Below are positions 57,176-64,000 of a stretch of DNA of 64,000 nt, piece by piece (position 1 is the stretch's first letter; the number at the start of each line of letters is the position of its first letter). The stretch lies in the NCBI GenBank assembly GCA_902523435.1, contig CABYZM010000001.1, forward strand, positions 22,354-86,353. The letters are read 5' to 3'. The notes under the pieces were generated by a model. It had not been told where the DNA came from. It made no database searches and was given only the letters and a program-made list of their open reading frames with translations. A program made the translations under genes and the position numbers. The stretch is from an uncultured SAR116 cluster alpha proteobacterium (GTDB lineage Bacteria; Pseudomonadota; Alphaproteobacteria; Puniceispirillales; Puniceispirillaceae).

Positions 57176-60100
57176 ATGATAAATTCCATTTTAAGAAGAT
57201 TAAATTTTGTCTTGCTTTTTGTTGCTTCTCTGTTGGTGGCAGAAAGGGCTTTTGCCTTTGACATCGACATTTCTGATGCAGCAACACCTGATGAGAGTGC
57301 AGTTAACCAGACTGTGGCCGTATTTTTGTCGTCTGCGCAGTCTAGCACAGTAACTGTTAATTATGCGACGGCCGATGGAACAGCAACTGCTGGCGCAGAC
57401 TACACTGCCACAACTGGGACACTGACTTTTGCAGCAGGCGAAACCGTAAAGGCGATAAGCATACCAATTCTTGCTGATACATTGGATGAAGATGCAGAAA
57501 CCATTTTGGTTAACATATCTTCCGCATCAAGTGGCACAATTGTGGATACTCAAGCTGTTGTAACCATAATTGATGATGACAATCCACCATCTATTACCAT
57601 TGATGATGTGACTGCAGCCAATGAAAATGCTACCTCTACAAATTTAACCGTAACACTTAGCGCCGCTTCATCTAAAGACGTGACCGTTGATTACGCAACA
57701 GCTGATAGCACTGCGACCGCTGGAGCAGATTACACAGCTGATTCTGGAACTATAACTATTTCGGCTGGAGCAACAACCGGAACTATAGCAGTTGCGGTTC
57801 TGTCAGATTCAATGGATGAAGATGACGAAATCGTCCATGTGGATCTCTCAAATGCAACAAATGCATCAATCTCAGATGCGCAAGGTGCTCTAACAATCAC
57901 AGATGATGACTCGACACCAAGCTTGTCGATAGCTGATGGCACATCAACAGACGAAAACAGTGTCACAGTTGTCGTATCGTTGAGTTCAGCTTCAGGTCGC
58001 TCTGTAACAGTCAATGCGGCTGCATCTGATGGTACAGCAACACAAGGCAGTGATTTTAACGCTTTCTCCTCAACAGTCACTTTTGCTTCCGGGGAGACGA
58101 CTAAAAGCGTTTCAATACCGTTGATTAACGATTCGTCAGATGAAGATGATGAAACATTCACGGTTACTTTATCTTCGGCAAATAACGCAACCATTTCTTC
58201 TGCAACTGCAACTGCAACAATAACGGATGATGATGCTCCACCAGCTCTATCAATTCAATCGGTTTCAGTCGCTGAAAATGCTGGCACAGCTTCACTGAAC
58301 GTAACACTAGACGCTGCTTCAGAAAAAACAATCACGGTTGATTATGTGTCTTCAGCGGGGACAGCATGCCATTGCAGTTCTGACTTTGCTGCGATTAGTT
58401 CTACAACACTTACTTTTACAGCAGGTCAAACATCCAAGACCATTTCTGCGACTATAAGTGATGATTCAGTCGATGAAATGGATGAAACATTTGATATTTC
58501 TTTATCAAACGCGTCGAATGCTTCAATCGCAGTAGCAACTGGCACAGTTACAATCACAGATGATGATCCGGCGCCAACAATCTCAATTAATGATGTAACA
58601 ACCGCAGATGAGGCCGCAGCATCTACAAATTTAGTTGCCACTCTTTCAGCAGCTTCCGAAAAGACAATCACAGTTGATTTTGCAACATCTGACGGTACCG
58701 CAACAGTTTCAAATGATTACACTGCAGCGACTGGCACACTTACATTCGCGGCAGGCGAAACAACTAAAAATATACCAATAGCTGTTTTAGCTGACGCGTT
58801 TGATGAAGTTGATGAAACAGTAACTGTTACGCTAAGCAACCCAAATAATGTTACGATAAATGATGGCGTTGGTGAATTAACGATAACTGATGATGATGTT
58901 GCACCAACTCTTTCAATAGCAGATAACACTATTCCTGATGAAAGTGCTGTAGCTAGAGACATTGTTGTTACTTTAGCCTCTCCATCGCAACAAACAATTA
59001 CCGTTGACTTTGCAACTTCTGATGGCACGGCTACAGCTACCAACGATTATGTCACCTCGACAGGAACGCTAACGTTCAACTCTGGAGAGACAACAAAAAA
59101 TATTCCTATTACTATGGTTCAGGACGCAATTGACGAAGTCGATGAAACATTTACAGTCACTATCTCAAATCCAACCAACTCAACAATTTCTAATGCTGCC
59201 GCAACAATAACTATCACAGATGATGATCCAACGCCGACACTAGCTGTAAATGGCGCAAACCTAACAGAAGCTGCAGCAAACCTAAATTTCACTGTCACTT
59301 TGAGCGGCCAATCCTCTCAAACTGTTACTGCTAATTATGCAACTGCTGACGGGAGTGCAACCGCAGGAAACGACTACACAAGTGCAACAGGAACAGTTAC
59401 CTTTGCACCTGGTGTTGTAAGCCAAATTATTTCTGTTGGCATCCTAGCTGACACAACAAACGAATATGATGAGACATTTTCAGTCACATTATCTAGCCCG
59501 TCTAATGCAACATTAGGCACTGCCACAGGTACAATGTTGATAAATGATGATGATGCTCTACCATCTGTTTCACTTGGTGATGCCTCGTCTACAAACGAGA
59601 CTGCTGCTTCAACTAATCTAGTAGCGACACTCTCTGCTGCTTCAGGAAAACCCATTACGGTTGATTACGCTACGTCAGATGGAACAGCGACAGCTGGTTC
59701 AGATTATACAGCTGATACTGGCACTATTACCTTTGCACCTGGCGTGACAACTCAAAATATTGCTGTGGGCGTGCTTGCAGACACCACTGATGAAGTGAAT
59801 GAGACTGTCACAGTAACACTGAGCAATCCATCTGAAGTTACATTAAATGATGCAACAGGCGTTCTGACCATCACAGATGATGATTCAGCTCCTACCATTT
59901 CAATAGCAGACTTCACAACATCAGATGAAACAGGTGTTTCTCATTCTATAGCTGTAACTCTTAGTGCCGCATCATCTCAAACAATTTCGGTGGATTTTGC
60001 GACAGCTGATGGAACTGCTACTGCAACAAATGACTATGTGTCAGCGACTGGAACTTTGACGTTTAACCCTGGTGATACTTCAAAAATAATTTCTGTAACT

Positions 60101-63100
60101 ATTATTCAAGATGCCTTAGATGAGACAAATGAAACATTTGACATCGATCTAAGTAACTCCACTAATGCATCAATTTCTGATGCAACCGGAACGGTTACAA
60201 TTACTGATGATGAAGGCACGCCAACGCTTACGATTGCCGATGTGACTACAGCAGATGAGACAGCTGCAAACCTCACTGCCACAGTCACTCTTAGTGGTGT
60301 ATCGTCACAAACAGTAACCGTGGACTTTGCAACAGCAGACGCGACTGCAAGCGCAGCAGCAGATTACTCAGCTACAACTGGAACGCTTACATTTGCTCCT
60401 AACGTAACTACGCAAACAATCTCAATACCAATATTAGCGGACAGCATTGATGAGGAAAACGAGACATTCACAATAGCGCTTTCTTCACCAACAAATGCAA
60501 CGGTGAGCGCGTCTGCCGGCACAGCAACAATGACCATCACAGATGATGATGTAGCTCCAACAATTTCAATTAATGATGTTTCTACCGCTGATGAAGCAGC
60601 TGGAAGTACAAACCTTGTGGCAACCCTATCTACAGCATCAGCGCGCACGATCACAGTTGATTATGCCACTTCAGATGGAACAGCAACAGCAAGTGCTGAT
60701 TACACCGTTGGGACAGGAACAATCACTTTTGCCCCTAATGTTACAACACAAAACATTCCAATTGCCGTTCTTGCTGATACTGTAGACGAAGTAGACGAAA
60801 CGGTCACTGTAACGTTGAGTAATCCGAGTAACGTTACAATAAATGATGGAGTCGGTGAGCTCACAATCACTGATGATGATGGTTCACCATCATTATCAAT
60901 TGCAGATTTAACTACTCCAGATGAAACTGCAGTATCGCGCACAACGACTGTTACATTGAGTTCTGCTTCTTCTAAAACAGTTACAGTAGACTTTGCCACA
61001 GCTGATGGCACCGCCACTGCTGCAAATGATTACCTATCAGCATCCGGAACTCTAACATTTAACCCCGGCATCACTAGTCAGACGGTAAGTGTTACCATTG
61101 TTCAAGATACAATTGATGAAGCCCATGAGACATTTGACGTGGTCTTGAGCAACGCTACAAATGCTTCAATTTCTGATGCTACGGGTGTGATGACAGTCAC
61201 TGACGATGAAGCAACACCGTCACTTTCAATTGCAGACGCATCCACAGCCGACGAGACTGCTGCAAATTTGACAGCGACAGTGACACTCAGCGGGCAGTCG
61301 TCTAGCACAGTGACTGTTGATTATGCTTCATCCGATGGAACAGCATCTGCTGGAGCAGATTATACTAACTCAAGTGGTACACTAACCTTTAATCCAGGCG
61401 ACACGTCCCAAACATTTAATATACCCATTTTAGCGGATACTATTGACGAAAATAATGAAACATTCTCCGTAACATTATCTTCGCCAACAAACGCAACCAT
61501 CAATGATTTGTTGGGACAGTTTACAATTGTTGATGACGATACAGAACCAACAGTTTCACTCGGAGATGCAACAACAAGTAACGAAAATGCAGCTACAACT
61601 AATCTGGTTGCAACCCTTTCCACAGCTTCTGAAAAAACAATCACAGTTGACTATGCAACTTCAGATGGAACAGCAACAGCAAGTTCTGATTATACTGCCG
61701 GTACGGGAACAATCACTTTTGCTCCAAATGTCACGACACAAAACGTCCCAGTTGGAGTGCTTGCAGACTCTACAGATGAAGAGGATGAGACTGTTACAGT
61801 AACACTTAGCAACCCATCAGAGGTTAGCCTAAACGATGCAATTGGCATACTTACCATCGCAGATGATGATGCAGAACCAAATATCTCAATCTCAGATATG
61901 ACCACTCCAAACGAAACAGGCGTTGGGCGTTTAGTGACAGTTTCGCTTAATGCCGCCTCTGAAAAAACCATTACTGTCGACTATGCAACAGCCGATGGCT
62001 CAGCAACTGCAACAAATGACTATGTATCATCAACCGGAACATTGACATTTAACCCTGGTGACACGTCTAAAACAATTTCAGTAACGATCGTCCAAGATGT
62101 TATAGATGAGTTGGATGAAACCTTTAGTATTGGCTTAAGTAATCCAACCAATTCAGCAATTTCTGCTGCGACCGGGACGATTACAATTACTGACGATGAG
62201 GGAACGCCTACGCTCTCAATTGCAGATGTAGCCACTTCGGATGAGACAGCTGCAAATCTCACTGCCACCATCACTCTGAGCGGCGATTCATCACAAACTG
62301 TCACAGTTGATTGGGCAACTGCCGATAGCACTGCAACAGCAGGAAATGACTACACTACAGCTGGTGGAACTGTGACTTTTAACCCTGGTGAGACGTCAAA
62401 AACTGTTGATGTCACAATTCTCGCTGACACTGTTGACGAAGAAAATGAGACCTTTACTGTCACTCTCTCATCTCCAACAAATGCAGTTGTAAGCACTACT
62501 GCTGGCATTGGAACTATGACCATAACTGACGATGATGCATCCCCAACAGTTTCATTAGGAGATTTGACAGCGGCAGAAACTGCGGGTGCTAAAAATTTGG
62601 TGGCTTCATTGTCAGTGGCTTCTGAGAGGACAATTACCGTTGACTTTGCGACCTCAGACTTTACAGCGTCAGCAGGCTCCGATTACACCGCCGGCACGGG
62701 GACAATCACATTTACTCCTGGGGCAACTACACAGAACGTGCCAGTGTCTGTCCTCGCTGACGTAATTGATGAACAAGATGAAACAGTAAGGGTGACTCTA
62801 AGTAACCCTGTGAATGTTACGCTTAATGACTCTGAGGGCATACTTACGATCACTGACGATGATACTGAGCCAACAATTTCGATTGCTGATAGCACGATTC
62901 CAAATGAAAACGGAGTTGTAAGAACAACAACAGTTACACTCAGTGCAGCCTCAGAAAAAACCATTACGGTTGATTATGCAACAGCTGACGGCACTGCAAC
63001 GGCAGCCAATGACTATATCTCTGCAACAGGCACTCTTAGCTTTGCACCAAATGAAACATCGAAAACTGTTGGCTTCACAATTGTTCAAGATTCATTAGAT

Positions 63101-64000
63101 GAGGTAGATGAAACCTTTAACATCGGTTTAAGCAATCCAACTAATGCAACCATTGCTGATGCAACAGGCATAGTGACTATTACTGACGATGAGGGAACAC
63201 CGACACTTTCTGTTGCGCATGTAACAACATCTGATGAAACTGCAACGAATTTAGTAGCCACGATTACTCTAAGCGGTGTTTCATCGCAAACGGTAACTGT
63301 TAACTATGCTACCGCTAATGGCACAGCAACAGCAGGAGCTGATTATACATCAGCTTCGGGCACTCTGACATTTAACGCAGGAGATACTAGCAAAACTGTT
63401 AACATCCCAATTTCGGCAGATACCATAGATGAAGAGAACGAAACGTTCACATTTACGTTGTCATCTGCTTTAAATGCAACAATTAGCTCATCATCCGGTA
63501 TAGGAACAATGACTATAACTGACGATGATGTAGCTCCCACTATTTCAATTAATGACGTCACCGCTGCTGAGAATGCTGGGACAACAAACCTTGTTGCAAC
63601 ACTCTCTGTTGCATCTGAGCGAACCATTACTGTTGATTACGCGACGTCAGATGACACAGCGTCAGCAGGGTCTGATTATACAGCAGGCTCTGGAACAATT
63701 ACATTTGCTCCTGGTGTCACAACACAAAATGTGCCAATTGCCATTATTTCTGACACAACGGACGAACCAAATGAGACCATTAAAGTTACATTGTCAAATC
63801 CGGTGAACGTAACCTTAAGTGATCCGAACGGTGTGTTAACAATAACTGACGATGATTCAGGAACATCAATCTCAATTGATGACTTAGTGACCACCAACGA
63901 AACAGCCCTCACCAATACCGTAACGGTCAGGTTATCCTCAGCTTCTGGGCATACAGTGACTGTAAATTATGCGACTGCTGATGGAACTGCAACATTCAAT
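57176..64000 (+). CDS. Giant secreted Calx-beta tandem-repeat surface protein/adhesin (partial, >2275 aa; runs off the window)
   Basis: Hand translation from ATG 57176: MINSILRRLNFVLLFVASLLVAERAFA signal peptide, then an open frame to base 64000 (ends VNYATADGTATFN); absent from the ORF track because it has no stop codon in the window. Confidence 0.92.
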   Translation, partial: MINSILRRLNFVLLFVASLLVAERAFAFDIDISDAATPDESAVNQTVAVFLSSAQSSTVTVNYATADGTATAGADYTATTGTLTFAAGETVKAISIPILADTLDEDAETILVNISSASSGTIVDTQAVVTIIDDDNPPSITIDDVTAANENATSTNLTVTLSAASSKDVTVDYATADSTATAGADYTADSGTITISAGATTGTIAVAVLSDSMDEDDEIVHVDLSNATNASISDAQGALTITDDDSTPSLSIADGTSTDENSVTVVVSLSSASGRSVTVNAAASDGTATQGSDFNAFSSTVTFASGETTKSVSIPLINDSSDEDDETFTVTLSSANNATISSATATATITDDDAPPALSIQSVSVAENAGTASLNVTLDAASEKTITVDYVSSAGTACHCSSDFAAISSTTLTFTAGQTSKTISATISDDSVDEMDETFDISLSNASNASIAVATGTVTITDDDPAPTISINDVTTADEAAASTNLVATLSAASEKTITVDFATSDGTATVSNDYTAATGTLTFAAGETTKNIPIAVLADAFDEVDETVTVTLSNPNNVTINDGVGELTITDDDVAPTLSIADNTIPDESAVARDIVVTLASPSQQTITVDFATSDGTATATNDYVTSTGTLTFNSGETTKNIPITMVQDAIDEVDETFTVTISNPTNSTISNAAATITITDDDPTPTLAVNGANLTEAAANLNFTVTLSGQSSQTVTANYATADGSATAGNDYTSATGTVTFAPGVVSQIISVGILADTTNEYDETFSVTLSSPSNATLGTATGTMLINDDDALPSVSLGDASSTNETAASTNLVATLSAASGKPITVDYATSDGTATAGSDYTADTGTITFAPGVTTQNIAVGVLADTTDEVNETVTVTLSNPSEVTLNDATGVLTITDDDSAPTISIADFTTSDETGVSHSIAVTLSAASSQTISVDFATADGTATATNDYVSATGTLTFNPGDTSKIISVTIIQDALDETNETFDIDLSNSTNASISDATGTVTITDDEGTPTLTIADVTTADETAANLTATVTLSGVSSQTVTVDFATADATASAAADYSATTGTLTFAPNVTTQTISIPILADSIDEENETFTIALSSPTNATVSASAGTATMTITDDDVAPTISINDVSTADEAAGSTNLVATLSTASARTITVDYATSDGTATASADYTVGTGTITFAPNVTTQNIPIAVLADTVDEVDETVTVTLSNPSNVTINDGVGELTITDDDGSPSLSIADLTTPDETAVSRTTTVTLSSASSKTVTVDFATADGTATAANDYLSASGTLTFNPGITSQTVSVTIVQDTIDEAHETFDVVLSNATNASISDATGVMTVTDDEATPSLSIADASTADETAANLTATVTLSGQSSSTVTVDYASSDGTASAGADYTNSSGTLTFNPGDTSQTFNIPILADTIDENNETFSVTLSSPTNATINDLLGQFTIVDDDTEPTVSLGDATTSNENAATTNLVATLSTASEKTITVDYATSDGTATASSDYTAGTGTITFAPNVTTQNVPVGVLADSTDEEDETVTVTLSNPSEVSLNDAIGILTIADDDAEPNISISDMTTPNETGVGRLVTVSLNAASEKTITVDYATADGSATATNDYVSSTGTLTFNPGDTSKTISVTIVQDVIDELDETFSIGLSNPTNSAISAATGTITITDDEGTPTLSIADVATSDETAANLTATITLSGDSSQTVTVDWATADSTATAGNDYTTAGGTVTFNPGETSKTVDVTILADTVDEENETFTVTLSSPTNAVVSTTAGIGTMTITDDDASPTVSLGDLTAAETAGAKNLVASLSVASERTITVDFATSDFTASAGSDYTAGTGTITFTPGATTQNVPVSVLADVIDEQDETVRVTLSNPVNVTLNDSEGILTITDDDTEPTISIADSTIPNENGVVRTTTVTLSAASEKTITVDYATADGTATAANDYISATGTLSFAPNETSKTVGFTIVQDSLDEVDETFNIGLSNPTNATIADATGIVTITDDEGTPTLSVAHVTTSDETATNLVATITLSGVSSQTVTVNYATANGTATAGADYTSASGTLTFNAGDTSKTVNIPISADTIDEENETFTFTLSSALNATISSSSGIGTMTITDDDVAPTISINDVTAAENAGTTNLVATLSVASERTITVDYATSDDTASAGSDYTAGSGTITFAPGVTTQNVPIAIISDTTDEPNETIKVTLSNPVNVTLSDPNGVLTITDDDSGTSISIDDLVTTNETALTNTVTVRLSSASGHTVTVNYATADGTATFN
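57257..64000 (+). repeat. Coding tandem array of 20 complete plus 1 partial Calx-beta domains (324-336 bp units)
   Basis: DDD/DDE unit ends at 57580, 57910, 58234, 58567, 58897, 59227, 59554, 59884, 60214, 60550, 60880, 61210, 61540, 61870, 62200, 62536, 62863, 63193, 63529, 63856. Confidence 0.9.

Noticed and set aside
57154-63915. Series of ~60-150 aa minus-strand ORFs recurring every ~330 bp
   Set aside because: Antisense shadows of the Calx-beta repeats; their periodic stops arise opposite the conserved DY codons. The plus frame is the real gene.
57257-64000. Possible CRISPR array or non-coding tandem repeat
   Set aside because: Units are ~330 bp, in frame and diverged at synonymous sites; no identical short repeats with spacers and no cas genes.

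Overview
Gene-dense bacterial window of roughly 40-45% GC (estimated by eye). Gene content and style suggest a marine alphaproteobacterium (SAR116/Rhodobacterales-like; inference). About 55 kb is catabolic and transport genes, with no recognisable transcription regulator, RNA gene, CRISPR array or mobile element. Highlight 1 is a divergent organosulfonate locus (8.2-23.3 kb). One arm encodes a non-canonical succinate-dehydrogenase-like complex (order B-D-C-A, covalent-FAD His replaced by Cys), a split Fe-S class I hydratase with altered substrate motifs, TauE and a DUF3604-like metallohydrolase. The other arm encodes a TTT transporter, sauS/sauT homologues and a second TauE. Together they suggest a sulfonate analogue of succinate->fumarate->malate (3-sulfopropanoate->sulfoacrylate->sulfolactate; hypothesis). 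Highlight 2 is a giant (>2275 aa) signal-peptide-bearing Calx-beta repeat protein, missed by the ORF track because it runs off the window. It has 20 complete domains in a nested 3-/6-domain super-repeat and a single Cys-His-Cys loop, and is preceded by a stand-alone, more basic copy of its first domain. Also present: sugar-acid oxidation genes, a persulfide dioxygenase followed by a decayed YeeE fused to a protease, ABC and TRAP transporters, and a small nonsense-disrupted gene.
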